Of a stretch of DNA of 64,000 bases, positions 1-10,560 are shown in pieces; within the stretch, counting starts at the first letter, position 1; each line of letters begins with the position of its first letter. This stretch comes from a virus (taxonomy: Duplodnaviria; Caudoviricetes). The DNA lies in IMG/VR virus record IMGVR_UViG_3300032007_000009, one strand, 5' to 3'. Position numbers and translations under genes: made by a program. Under the pieces are notes generated by a model, which was not told the origin of the DNA, made no database searches, and saw nothing but the letters and a program-made list of their open reading frames with translations.

Positions 1-2
1 GA

Positions 3-2555
3 GATGTTTTAGAAGGTGTGGGAAAAATATTTGCAGTTATAATATTAGCAGGTTTAGCAATAGGTGTAATTGGTGGAATATTGTTAGGTACAGGTGGATT
101 GGCTGCTGGTGTATTAATCGTTGGTGCAATAGCAGTATTGGGTATATCATTTGTTACACGTTTAGCTGCAAAAACCGTTAAAGAAATTATTGAAGTTACA
201 AAAGATTTAAATACTGAAGGCGCTAAGACTTCTATTGATAAATTATTTGATACATTAGGATATATTGCATCAAAAATGGTTCATATTTTTGATACAGAAA
301 AAACAACAGGATTTGGTATATTTAATGGTTTAGTTAATACTAGTAAAAAAATTAAAAAGGGTATTGAATTAATGGGAGCAATTGCCGTGTATAAACAAAT
401 GGGTGAAATGCTTGCAGTACTTGCAGAAGGTGTAAAATGCTGGGCCGTTATGAAAATACCAACAAAATTTGACGACAAAGGTAAACCAACTGGATTTACC
501 ACACTTGCAGATAAAGATTTAACACAAATGTCAAATAATATATTAAGAGTTTTATTATCATTAGGACTTGCAATTACAAGTGTATATGATTCTGCACAAG
601 GTAAAGAGATATTTGAAAAATCTTGGGGAGGTTTAGGAAATTCACCATTTGAAATTATAGTTAAGTCAATGTCAAAAACTGGTGTGATGCTAAGTTCAAT
701 TGCTTTAGGTGTACAGCAATGGGCAAACTTAAAAGTACCTACAGAATTTGATAAAAATGGTAAACCAAAAGGATACATTTCATTATCTGATAAAGTTTTA
801 ACACAATGTGCAACAAATATTCAAAATGTTTTAGAAGCAATTGGTAATGCATTAGTTAATACTGTTAAACAAAATCCTGAAATATTTAAAGATGGTGGTT
901 TATTTAAAGATTCTCCTATAATGAATGCTGCTAAAGCAATGAAATTAATGGGTGAAACATTAAATCTTACAGCACATGTAATTGGTTGTTATGCATCAGG
1001 TAAATTTCCACAATTGGATAAAGAAGGTAAACTTACATCATATGTAGATGTAACTGAACAAAGTATATGGTTAGCAGGATATAAAATTCAAACTGTATTA
1101 GAATGCATTGGAAATGCTATTAAGAATACTGTTAATAACCCAGAAAACCAGGATATATTTAAAGATTCATTAGCTACTAATGCACCTGCAATGGTTGCGG
1201 CTAAAGCAATCAATCAAATGGCTTCAGCATTAAATACTATAATTGATGTATTATCAAAGTTAAAAGATCTTAAATTAGAAGATTTAAACTTAGAAAATAC
1301 AAAAAAGAAAATTGGGGATATTGTTAAATGGGCTATAGAAGTATTAAATATATTTACAAAAAAAGAATTTTTAGTAGATGGTAAAAATATAGCAAATACT
1401 GGTAGAGGAAATGGTGCATGGGATAAAATAGTTAATTGGTGGTCTGGTGATCAAACTGTTGGGGATTATATTAATGAAAATTTACCTGGTATGGAAAAAT
1501 CCATAAATGGTATAAATAATATTGCAAAAAATATTACAAATGTTGTTCAAACATTAAATGAATTAGGTAAACAAATAGCATCTAATAACTTATCTGCTAT
1601 TAATGATAGTAATAAAAAATTATTAATTGAGAAAATTGGAAAAATTATTGATATACAAAATAGTATTAGATCTATTGGTGATAATAAATTAGTAAACCTT
1701 AATAGATATATAATATATAATGATAAAGTTATTAATGTAATTAAAAAAATAACTGATGTTGTTAAACAATATGATAATTTAATTAAAATAATAAATGAAT
1801 CTAAAGCAATAAATAAATCTAAATTAAATAATTTCTTTACATTATCTAAAACTGTTAATAATATTGCACAGTCATTAAATATTAATTATGGAAAAACTAA
1901 TTCTAAACATTTTGATTTACTTTGTGAAGGATTGAAGAAGATATATTCAACATTTAATGAGTTTGAAGAAACTAAAGGATTTAAGTCATATGCTAATGAT
2001 GTGTCTAACTTTATAGAAAAAATTAATTCATTAGATTTAAATAAACTATCACAAATGAATTCTCTTATTAAATCAATGAATGAGTTAGCATCTAAGATGA
2101 ATGGTTTAGATAAATTAAGTGAAGCATTAAGTGATAATTTAACATTAGTATTGAGAGAATTATTATACCAGTTACAAAAGGCAGAAGCATCAATAAATAA
2201 TGCCCATAAACTTCAAGAAAAACGTAGAGAATTAATCCAAGATTCAATTTATAAGATTAAGAACATAATGGATAAACATATGATTGTTGAAGTATATAAT
2301 AAATCTGAAGATAATAATACAGATTATAAATATGCATCATTAAATGGTTCTACAATATCACCAAGTACTAGTACAAGTAGTACATCGACTAATTCTGTAG
2401 CTGAATCAGTTTCATCAACACCAGAATTAACTTCACCAGAAAATGCGGGATCTACAGAATTATCAAAAAATACAGAATCAAATAAAGATGAAACATTAAC
2501 AAAAGATGCATTTATTAATTTAATGAGACAACATATGAAATTATGGGATGCGTAA
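3..2555 (+). CDS. Large tape-measure-like/virion protein, 5'-truncated (frame open to window edge)
   Basis: Hydrophobic Gly/Ala-rich segment, three internal repeats (W/Y-A..K.P...D..GK), long helical region, Ser/Thr-rich tail; frame has no stop upstream of nt 18. Confidence 0.5.
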   Translation, partial: DVLEGVGKIFAVIILAGLAIGVIGGILLGTGGLAAGVLIVGAIAVLGISFVTRLAAKTVKEIIEVTKDLNTEGAKTSIDKLFDTLGYIASKMVHIFDTEKTTGFGIFNGLVNTSKKIKKGIELMGAIAVYKQMGEMLAVLAEGVKCWAVMKIPTKFDDKGKPTGFTTLADKDLTQMSNNILRVLLSLGLAITSVYDSAQGKEIFEKSWGGLGNSPFEIIVKSMSKTGVMLSSIALGVQQWANLKVPTEFDKNGKPKGYISLSDKVLTQCATNIQNVLEAIGNALVNTVKQNPEIFKDGGLFKDSPIMNAAKAMKLMGETLNLTAHVIGCYASGKFPQLDKEGKLTSYVDVTEQSIWLAGYKIQTVLECIGNAIKNTVNNPENQDIFKDSLATNAPAMVAAKAINQMASALNTIIDVLSKLKDLKLEDLNLENTKKKIGDIVKWAIEVLNIFTKKEFLVDGKNIANTGRGNGAWDKIVNWWSGDQTVGDYINENLPGMEKSINGINNIAKNITNVVQTLNELGKQIASNNLSAINDSNKKLLIEKIGKIIDIQNSIRSIGDNKLVNLNRYIIYNDKVINVIKKITDVVKQYDNLIKIINESKAINKSKLNNFFTLSKTVNNIAQSLNINYGKTNSKHFDLLCEGLKKIYSTFNEFEETKGFKSYANDVSNFIEKINSLDLNKLSQMNSLIKSMNELASKMNGLDKLSEALSDNLTLVLRELLYQLQKAEASINNAHKLQEKRRELIQDSIYKIKNIMDKHMIVEVYNKSEDNNTDYKYASLNGSTISPSTSTSSTSTNSVAESVSSTPELTSPENAGSTELSKNTESNKDETLTKDAFINLMRQHMKLWDA

Positions 2556-2578
2556 TAAAAAATATATAAAAGCGAGTT

Positions 2579-2758
2579 ATGAAATATTATAATATGTATT
2601 ATAAAAATATGAAAATAAATAATCGTCCACTTAAAGATGAAGATTTAGAACCTATATTTAATTCAAAAAAATATATTATTAAACATAATTCATTAACAAA
2701 TAAAAATGAACAGATACCATTATCTGAAATACAATTAATAAAAACTATAGTAATATAA
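2579..2758 (+). CDS. Small hypothetical protein (59 aa, MKYYNMYY...), absent from the ORF track
   Basis: ATG at 2579 to TAA at 2758 fills the gap between two co-oriented genes. Confidence 0.55.
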   Translation: MKYYNMYYKNMKINNRPLKDEDLEPIFNSKKYIIKHNSLTNKNEQIPLSEIQLIKTIVI

Positions 2759-2759
2759 T

Positions 2760-3395
2760 ATGTTTACATTAAGAGGAAGACAAGATGGATTTAGATTATT
2801 ATTACCTAAAGATTTTCTATGTCCAGAAATAGAAGAAAAATATACTAAAATACTTAAAGAAAAACATAGTTTCTTTATAACTCCAATAGATTTTGTAAAT
2901 GAAACTATACAGAAAGTTGAAGTATTAGGTTTTGTAAATGGCACAATTCAACAGCAACAATCATATAGAGGAGAAAAACCATTAATTAAACCTAATAGAA
3001 TTAAACAGAATGATTTTATGTATCCTTCAGGAGATTATAGTTATCGTTCTGAAGTTTCTCCTATATCATTAATGGATAAAACATTAAATATTACATTTAG
3101 ACACACAATAGGTTTTTTAAATTATTTTATATTATTTGAAAATTTTTGGTATTTATTTTCTCGTGATAGAAATTATGATGAAATAACAGATCAATTTAAT
3201 GTTGATATAATTAATGAAAAAGGCTCTATATATTCTAGAATTATATTATATCATCCATTAATGAATGGAATGGACATGCTTAGTTTAGATTATACTCAAC
3301 CAATAGCACAAGTACAATCATTTAATATTGAATTTAAATATTCTAATTTTGACTTTGAATTTATTGAGATAGAAGAGGATATTACAAGGTCTTAG
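2760..3395 (+). CDS. Tail tube/baseplate-tube-like structural protein (T4 gp19/gp54-like fold)
   Basis: Size, C-terminal 'LSLDY...FNIEFKYSNFDF' pattern, position next to tape-measure-like gene; ends in TAG. Confidence 0.45.
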   Translation: MFTLRGRQDGFRLLLPKDFLCPEIEEKYTKILKEKHSFFITPIDFVNETIQKVEVLGFVNGTIQQQQSYRGEKPLIKPNRIKQNDFMYPSGDYSYRSEVSPISLMDKTLNITFRHTIGFLNYFILFENFWYLFSRDRNYDEITDQFNVDIINEKGSIYSRIILYHPLMNGMDMLSLDYTQPIAQVQSFNIEFKYSNFDFEFIEIEEDITRS

Positions 3396-3608
3396 ACTAT
3401 ATCTAGATCATCTTCTAATGGGTTTAAACTAAATATGTAAATATATTTTATTGGACCAATAATTACTTTAATAGAAGAGGATTAAATAGTAAATATTTTT
3501 ATAATTTTAATTTTATAAAAATGTTTACTATTTTATTTTGTATTTTAATATAACTATATTTTATTATAAAGTACAAAAATAATATTTAACAAATATATTA
3601 AATTAAGT

Positions 3609-4910
3609 ATGTCATACGAAAAATTAAAATGGTGCGCTATACAACCATTAACTGGTGGTATGTATTTAGGTGCAGAAAAGGTTATGGGACATCCCGCAGA
3701 ATTTATTCTTTCATATCCAGGATTAGGTGATTATAAAGTAGATAAGAAGACTAATGAAATTTCTACAGTTAGTAATGAATATCATTTAATGAAATATTTA
3801 GATAAAGTTGGAAGACGTCCTGAATATAAAGTATTTGATAGAAAGATGTTTCAAAATGATAATGATTTGGAACCTACTATTATAAATAGTGATCTTTGGA
3901 CTATAAATAAAGATAAGGATTTGGATTTTTCAAATATGCATTTAGTAGTTGCTGTACCTGTATGTTCAGGTTTATCTACTGTTACAGCATGTTCACAAGA
4001 TACTAAAGATACACGAAATTGTAATATGGTTTGGATATCTAGATATGTTCTTAATGTAATTAAACCAAATATATATGTATTCGAAAATGCACCAACTTTT
4101 ATGAGTAAGAGTGGTGATAGAGTACGTATTCAGTTAGAAGATATAGCAAAAAATACTAATTATTCTATATGTTATTATAGAACAGATACTAAATATCATG
4201 ATAATTGTCAACGACGTAAAAGAACTTTTATAGTTTTTTATAAAAAGGATTATTCTCCACAAATGGGATATGAACATATTGAAACTAATTGGAAAGAGTA
4301 TCTTAGTAGAATTCCTGCAGATGCTACGCAAAATGAACCATTCTCATTTGAATATATAAATTGGCTTAATAAGTATTTTGTAGATTATCTTAAAGAAAAA
4401 CTTGGTGATAACTGGAGATCTGAAATTGATTATGATTCATATAAATATATTATAGAAGGTAATAGATTTGCTGAAGTAAAAGATTATGTTAAGTCTCGTG
4501 AAGATATATCTAATGATATAAAAGAAAAATGTTTTAAGGCATTAGATTTTATGAAATCTAAAGTAGATAATCATAAAGGTTTTTGGCATAAGATGCCAGG
4601 TCTTATGAAAGAAACAGATAATGTACCTGCTATAATGTTTAGTACAATTCAAGGTTGTTTACATCCTACTGAAGATAGATTATTTACTCCTCGTGAATGT
4701 TTACATTTTATGGGTCATCCACATGATTTTGAATTGCAAGGAAATCCAAATAGAATGTATCCTCAAATAGGTCAGAATGTACCAGTAAGAACTGCATATT
4801 GGATTGTTTCAGAAGCAATGAAATCATTTAATAAAGAAAATGATTTAGAAGAAAAGAAAACAATTAGATTTTTCGATAATATTAAACAAGAAGAAGTAAA
4901 ATATGAGTAA
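3609..4910 (+). CDS. Divergent DNA cytosine-C5 methyltransferase-like protein
   Basis: Motif IV 'PVCSGLS', VI 'FENAP', VIII 'QRRKRTF', IX/X 'RLFTPRE..FMGHP.DF...QIGQNVP'; motif I atypical (QPLTGG). Confidence 0.8.
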   Translation: MSYEKLKWCAIQPLTGGMYLGAEKVMGHPAEFILSYPGLGDYKVDKKTNEISTVSNEYHLMKYLDKVGRRPEYKVFDRKMFQNDNDLEPTIINSDLWTINKDKDLDFSNMHLVVAVPVCSGLSTVTACSQDTKDTRNCNMVWISRYVLNVIKPNIYVFENAPTFMSKSGDRVRIQLEDIAKNTNYSICYYRTDTKYHDNCQRRKRTFIVFYKKDYSPQMGYEHIETNWKEYLSRIPADATQNEPFSFEYINWLNKYFVDYLKEKLGDNWRSEIDYDSYKYIIEGNRFAEVKDYVKSREDISNDIKEKCFKALDFMKSKVDNHKGFWHKMPGLMKETDNVPAIMFSTIQGCLHPTEDRLFTPRECLHFMGHPHDFELQGNPNRMYPQIGQNVPVRTAYWIVSEAMKSFNKENDLEEKKTIRFFDNIKQEEVKYE

Positions 4911-5043
4911 TTTTTTAATTATATTGGGTACTATATTTGGTATAATAAGTATAATAAGTATTGTCTTATTTATTTATGAAATAAGACGTGCTCCATTATT
5001 ACCACCTGATGTAGATTTTTAATTAATTTAAAATATAAATAAT

Positions 5044-6396
5044 ATGTTAACAAATAAAATAGGTTATTCTTATAACGATTTAACTATCGTTCCATCAATA
5101 ATTTCAGACGTTGCTTCACGTTCTGAGTGTAATCCATTTATTGAAAATACTAAAAATCGGTTACCAATATTTGCGTCACCAATGGCAAGTGTTGTTTCTG
5201 AAAATAATGTTGATGTATTTTTAGAAAATGGAATTACACCAATATTACCAAGAAACATTGATATTAAAATTCGTAAAAAAGAAATGTTAAATCAAACGTG
5301 GGTTGCATTATCATTAAAAGAATTTGAAGAATTATTCATAAGATATGCAATTGATAGAGAAGGTGATTTTAGAACCCATTATTTTATTGTTGTAGATATT
5401 GCAAATGGACATATGTTATCTTTATATGATAAATGTATTAAAGCTAAAGAGTTGGCTATAAAATATGGATATAAATTAACTATTATGACCGGTAATATTG
5501 CTAATCCTCAAACATATGAATGGATATGTAGAAATGCTCGTTATGAAAATAAAAGTGAAGGTGCATTAGCTATAGATTTTATTCGTGTGGGTATAGGAGG
5601 AGGCTCGGGTTGTATAACTGCTAGTAATGTGTCTATTCATTATCCTCAAGCATCATTAATAAATGATTGTATTAAAGTTAAAAAAAGACTTTTAAATGAA
5701 TATGAAGATATAAGTGCATATTCAAAAGCCCCAAGATTTAAGGAAGAAGATTTTCCTAAAATTGTAGCTGACGGTGGTATTCGTAATTATGACCATGTTA
5801 TTAAAGCATTAGCTTTAGGTGCAGATTATGTTATGATAGGAAGCGTGTTTGCACAATGTATTGAATCGGCTGGTGCAAAATTTATAAGAAATAGTAAAGT
5901 ATCTTTCGGAGTACCTATTAATAGATATAAGAATTTTAGAATTGATACAGAAGAAAATGTCTATGGATATGATACTGATGAATATATTGAAGAAAACATT
6001 AAATCTTATAAAACTGAATTAGATAATATTAAAGCCAAAGTTAATCTAGGTACATTATTACCAAATGATGCAGAATATAAATTGGCAATATTACAATACA
6101 ATGAAAAAATAAATAAGCTTAAGGAAGAAAAATTTATTGGACAACTTGATGTTAAGTTTTTTGGGATGGCGTCTGCAGATGGTCAAAAATCTATATCTGG
6201 TAAGAAAACTAAAACATCAGAAGGAATTACTAAATATTTACCAGTTAAATATACATTAGCAGGTTGGGTTGAAAATATGATTAGTTATTTACGTTCTGCA
6301 ATGTCATATACAGATTGTAAAACATTAAAAGAATTTATTGGAACACCCGAATTAATTGTTAATAGTATATCGGAAATACAAGCAGTAAATAAATAA
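5044..6396 (+). CDS. guaC: GMP reductase (IMPDH/GMPR family) with ~90-aa insertion
   Basis: DIANGH, GIGGGSGCIT, ADGGIR, ALGADYVMIG, FFGMAS, TSEG, LRSAMSY motifs. Confidence 0.8.
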   Translation: MLTNKIGYSYNDLTIVPSIISDVASRSECNPFIENTKNRLPIFASPMASVVSENNVDVFLENGITPILPRNIDIKIRKKEMLNQTWVALSLKEFEELFIRYAIDREGDFRTHYFIVVDIANGHMLSLYDKCIKAKELAIKYGYKLTIMTGNIANPQTYEWICRNARYENKSEGALAIDFIRVGIGGGSGCITASNVSIHYPQASLINDCIKVKKRLLNEYEDISAYSKAPRFKEEDFPKIVADGGIRNYDHVIKALALGADYVMIGSVFAQCIESAGAKFIRNSKVSFGVPINRYKNFRIDTEENVYGYDTDEYIEENIKSYKTELDNIKAKVNLGTLLPNDAEYKLAILQYNEKINKLKEEKFIGQLDVKFFGMASADGQKSISGKKTKTSEGITKYLPVKYTLAGWVENMISYLRSAMSYTDCKTLKEFIGTPELIVNSISEIQAVNK

Positions 6397-6434
6397 TTTT
6401 AATACAAATAATTTATAAAAAATATGTTTGATTA

Positions 6435-6462
6435 TTTAATAATATATAAAAAATACTATATT
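6435..6462 (+). promoter_or_regulatory. Putative early promoter (TTTAAT-N13-TACTATATT)
   Basis: Same spacing and TACTATATT core as the copies at 32393, 33281 and 60387. Confidence 0.45.
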
Positions 6463-6531
6463 ATAAATATCAAACATATTTTTTTATGAAAGCAATTATA
6501 AAAGAATCATTAATTATAAAACAATAAAGGA

Positions 6532-6759
6532 ATGAGTTTTTTGAAATTTGATATTGATGATGCAAAAGAATATTTATTTGATGAATTAAATTTTAGAAAT
6601 AGTCGTCAATCAAAATATTACCCAAGAGAAAATGTAAATAGTGCATATGATGTATTTAATATTCTTAGTGATTATTATATGATTAGTAAGGATGAAGATT
6701 TTTATTTAGATTTAATACAATATTTAAGAGATAATAAAAAATTGAATGCATGGAAATAA
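6532..6759 (+). CDS. Hypothetical protein
   Basis: ORF in co-oriented run. Confidence 0.6.
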   Translation: MSFLKFDIDDAKEYLFDELNFRNSRQSKYYPRENVNSAYDVFNILSDYYMISKDEDFYLDLIQYLRDNKKLNAWK

Positions 6760-7028
6760 CTCACGAAAGAATATTTGATTTCAAGGATCATGAATATATT
6801 CCTGCCCATCATGATCCGAAGGATCCTGGTTATTATATGACTATTCGTTGTGGTCTTTCAGGTATTTATACTCAACTTGATGAATGGAAGGATAATAAAT
6901 GGCAAGTAGGAATTACTGATGATTCGAAAGTTATTGCATGGGCACGGGAGCAAATCACTGAACAACAAGTTCGTGATTGGTGTAATGCTCTTAGAGAAAA
7001 AGTAAACGAAAAATATAAAAAGTCATGA
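6750..7028 (+). CDS. Hypothetical protein
   Basis: ORF overlapping both neighbours. Confidence 0.65.
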   Translation: MEITHERIFDFKDHEYIPAHHDPKDPGYYMTIRCGLSGIYTQLDEWKDNKWQVGITDDSKVIAWAREQITEQQVRDWCNALREKVNEKYKKS

Positions 7029-8341
7029 TAGAATTAATTGGAAAATATACAAAAGCAATCATATATGCAGAAACAATTGAAGAAGGCGTTTATGGACAGG
7101 TATATGATATAATAAATTGTCCAGCATTTGAAGGACAGAAGGTTATATGTATGCCTGATGTTCATGTTGGAAAATCAGGTCCTTGTGGACTTGTTGCAAC
7201 AATCGGAGACTATGTTTGTCCTGAGCATATTGGAGTTGATATTGGTTGTACAGTATCAATGATGATATTGGATAAGAAGGTTCCTGTTGAGAAATATGCA
7301 GAGTTTGAAAGACGTATTAAGAATAAGATTCCATTTGGTTTTAATTTACAAGGTCACGTGGTTATTGATGAAAAGGAATTTAGAAAGTTCTTGACACAAG
7401 GATTTAATAAGTACCGTAACTATTGGCCAGAAATGCTAATGGATCTTCCAGACCAAGTAACTGAAAAATGGATATCAGATCAACTTAAGAGATTGAACAT
7501 GGATGAAGGTGTTTTTTATAAGTCACTTGCAACAGTTGGTGGCGGTAATCATTTTATTGAATATGATGAACAGGAAGATGGAGATTTAGCTGGTATTACA
7601 CTTCACTTCGGTTCACGTAACTTTGGTGTTAAGGTTTGTAAGTATTGGATGCAAAAGACAACTCAACCAATGTCAAAGGATGAGATGAAGGAAGCAATGG
7701 AAAACTTCAAGAAGAATTATAAGGCTACTCATACAAATATGAAGGAATTCCAAAATGCAAAGGATGAGTTCATTAAGAAGATTAAGGAGAACCATATTAA
7801 TGGTTATCTTTCTGGTGAGTATATGAAGGGTTATTTGATGGATATGTGTTTTGCTCAGCTTTACGCACAGTTTAATCATATGTCTGTTCAAAAGATAATT
7901 AAAGAACTTTTGATTAAATATGGTATTAAAGAAGTACGTACTATTACATCAACTCATAATTTTGTAGATTTGCATGATCATACTTTACGTAAATCAGCTA
8001 TTCGTTCTTATGTAGGCGAAGAGATGCTTGTTCCATTCAATATGAGAGATGGAGTTGCAATCTGTGAGGGACTTTCAAATTCAGATTGGTTAAATTCTTG
8101 TGCACATGGTGCTGGTCGAAAGATGTCAAGATCTAAGGCAAAAGCAAATATATCAATGAAGGAGTTTGAGGATTCAATGAAAAATGTTTACTCAACTACA
8201 GTTTGTAAAGGAACACTTGATGAGTCACCTATGGCCTATAAGGACACTACTGAAATTAAAGACTTAATTACTGAAACATGTAAGATTAAGTTTATGATGA
8301 TTCCTAAGATTAATATTAAGGCTGCAGATGGTGGGGATTGA
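7025..8341 (+). CDS. rtcB: RtcB-family RNA ligase
   Basis: MPDVHVG, GVDIGC, GGGNHFIE, HFGSR, HNF, PFNMRDG, HGAGR.MSR, DESP.AYK. Confidence 0.95.
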   Translation: MIELIGKYTKAIIYAETIEEGVYGQVYDIINCPAFEGQKVICMPDVHVGKSGPCGLVATIGDYVCPEHIGVDIGCTVSMMILDKKVPVEKYAEFERRIKNKIPFGFNLQGHVVIDEKEFRKFLTQGFNKYRNYWPEMLMDLPDQVTEKWISDQLKRLNMDEGVFYKSLATVGGGNHFIEYDEQEDGDLAGITLHFGSRNFGVKVCKYWMQKTTQPMSKDEMKEAMENFKKNYKATHTNMKEFQNAKDEFIKKIKENHINGYLSGEYMKGYLMDMCFAQLYAQFNHMSVQKIIKELLIKYGIKEVRTITSTHNFVDLHDHTLRKSAIRSYVGEEMLVPFNMRDGVAICEGLSNSDWLNSCAHGAGRKMSRSKAKANISMKEFEDSMKNVYSTTVCKGTLDESPMAYKDTTEIKDLITETCKIKFMMIPKINIKAADGGD

Positions 8342-8523
8342 TTTTCTCACCATTTGTACTATTTTCATCATATAAGAAAACAATACAATATTATGATAGA
8401 TACTATATTTACCTTTAAGATTTTTGGAATAGAATTTGGAATGTATAGACATTTTAAAACTTGGTGGTTTAATAATGGTTATATAAGAGAATTTATGTGG
8501 TGGTATATTTATAAAGAATAATA

Positions 8524-8832
8524 ATGAAAACAATTTATAGAGTTATAGAAATAGTAACCAAGTATAAACACAATATGTGTTATCCTGATGAAGTATATAA
8601 TAGTCAATATGATTTGAAAGATTGTAAGTCTCAAAAATCAGCATTGAAATTTCTTAAAGATAAATATGAAGAATTTGAAAAGAAGAATAATGCAACAACA
8701 TATCAATATGAGGAGGCCCGTTATACAAAATTAAAAGAACATACTTGGAAATATCAAACTATATATGATATGTATCATTCTGATGATTATCAGATATTAA
8801 ATTTTTCTATTATTAAAATTTATTTAGATTAA
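8524..8832 (+). CDS. Hypothetical protein
   Basis: ORF in co-oriented run. Confidence 0.6.
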   Translation: MKTIYRVIEIVTKYKHNMCYPDEVYNSQYDLKDCKSQKSALKFLKDKYEEFEKKNNATTYQYEEARYTKLKEHTWKYQTIYDMYHSDDYQILNFSIIKIYLD

Positions 8833-8834
8833 TT

Positions 8835-9530
8835 ATGTGGGTAGATGTAAATGATATTAAAATGGAAATGATTCACGTTAATAAAGACGGGGAATCAAAA
8901 ATTGGATATATTAGAAATATAGGTGGTATGAATTTTACACAGAGTACTGTCTATGTTGATGTATATGAAGAGCCAAATCCAAGAGGCAAATATAAAGTAT
9001 ATGAATATAAACATATTGAAGAATTAAAAGACAAATATAATGTACCCGTTGAAGTTGATGTTAGCCAATCTGTAGCAAATATTATTGCAAATACAAAAAT
9101 TATTCAGGGAAGATATAATGCCTGTATTAATAATTCTGTAAACACATTTGAACAGGCTGAGAAAAACTTCATTGAAAAACTAATTGTTGAAATTGATGTT
9201 AAGTTACAAGAATATATGGACATTCATAAAAACATTGATTTCAAAAAGGATGTAAAGGGACATTATTATGATGTTGAAAGTCTTGTAAGATATGATGAAT
9301 GGCCTGAATTTAAAAAGTATTTGGAATTTATTGATTGTGCATATTATAATATTGAAGAGAAGTTAACTTCATTTATGAGTAAATCATTAAAGAAATATGG
9401 TTTTCCAATAGAGAACATTTTTGAATATTATGATCATGGATGGCTTAGATATAAGTTAATGGATTTCAGAGCAAAAGGTGGTGGATTAACAATTGGAGAA
9501 AATTACGAAGATTATAAAAATGATAATTAG
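8835..9530 (+). CDS. Hypothetical protein
   Basis: 231-aa ORF in co-oriented run. Confidence 0.7.
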   Translation: MWVDVNDIKMEMIHVNKDGESKIGYIRNIGGMNFTQSTVYVDVYEEPNPRGKYKVYEYKHIEELKDKYNVPVEVDVSQSVANIIANTKIIQGRYNACINNSVNTFEQAEKNFIEKLIVEIDVKLQEYMDIHKNIDFKKDVKGHYYDVESLVRYDEWPEFKKYLEFIDCAYYNIEEKLTSFMSKSLKKYGFPIENIFEYYDHGWLRYKLMDFRAKGGGLTIGENYEDYKNDN

Positions 9531-9629
9531 AGTTGGAGAAGGACAAACACCATCAGGAAAAATACTTGATAGAGGAACTCAAGCATATGTTTATTTAAAA
9601 CGAAAAGGAATCATTAATGAAATTATAAT

Positions 9630-9827
9630 ATGAGTACACAAGAAATTATTGAAAAATATAATGAAATTCTTCATGATGGCAAACATACATTTGAACAAGC
9701 TTATGGATGGATGATGTTGGAAAAGAATAAACAAGATTATGAATTTTATTTGAAAACAGGAATGCATTTATGTAATGATTATGCATTTTTATATCCTGAA
9801 AGCATTTGTAGTTATGGAAAGATGTGA
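9630..9827 (+). CDS. Small hypothetical protein
   Basis: ORF in co-oriented run. Confidence 0.55.
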   Translation: MSTQEIIEKYNEILHDGKHTFEQAYGWMMLEKNKQDYEFYLKTGMHLCNDYAFLYPESICSYGKM

Positions 9828-9916
9828 ATATAGCTGGGATTGCCCATTTTGGGTATATTGTAATGGTGATAAAGAATATGCATGTAAAATGAATTTCTGT
9901 CCAAACGAGTTAGAAG

Positions 9917-10261
9917 ATGAATGAATTATTAACTAGAGAAGAATTTAAGAAACAAGTATTTGCAAAAACAAATGGTAAATGTTGTGTTCCTGGTTGTAAT
10001 CATGATGCTATAGATGCCCATCATATAATGGATCGTAAACTTTGGAAAAATGGTGGTTATTATCTTTCAAATGGGGCAGCATTATGTAGTAAGCATCATC
10101 TTGATGCTGAACAAGGTAGAATAACACCACGACAATGTTTTATGTATATGAAACAAGACCCATATCATACAAATGAACCAGATAAAATTAAAGAATATTT
10201 AACATATTCAGAATATATGAATTTACTATTAAATGATAAATTAAATAAGTGGGGAGATTAG
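9917..10261 (+). CDS. HNH endonuclease-like protein
   Basis: CxxxxC..DAHHI...NG..LC..HH motif. Confidence 0.8.
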   Translation: MNELLTREEFKKQVFAKTNGKCCVPGCNHDAIDAHHIMDRKLWKNGGYYLSNGAALCSKHHLDAEQGRITPRQCFMYMKQDPYHTNEPDKIKEYLTYSEYMNLLLNDKLNKWGD

Positions 10262-10317
10262 TCTTAAAGGACATGAAGAAGTAAAGAAAGAATTTGAAAC
10301 AAAACAATTATCATAGT

Positions 10318-10560
10318 ATGAAGAAACTTATATTACTTGCACTTGCAGCTGTGATAATAGCTGGGTGTGATGTGAAACAATCAGATGGAACATATAAACC
10401 ATATTCTTATAGAACTTATATAATAGATTCTTGTGAATATGTCGGGTATGCAACAGGCTCTCAATGTGACTATCTTGCTCACAAAGGTAACTGCCATTTC
10501 TGCAAAGAGCGCAGGCAAAAGGAGTTAGAAGAGTTGGTAATTAAGTTAAAGGAGAAATAA
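10318..10560 (+). CDS. Putative lipoprotein
   Basis: MKKLILLALAAVIIAG-C lipobox; ATG 10318 preferred over TTG 10294. Confidence 0.65.
   Translation: MKKLILLALAAVIIAGCDVKQSDGTYKPYSYRTYIIDSCEYVGYATGSQCDYLAHKGNCHFCKERRQKELEELVIKLKEK

Noticed and set aside
5878-6153. Intein in GMP reductase
   Set aside because: No N-terminal Cys/Ser with C-terminal His-Asn and no endonuclease motifs
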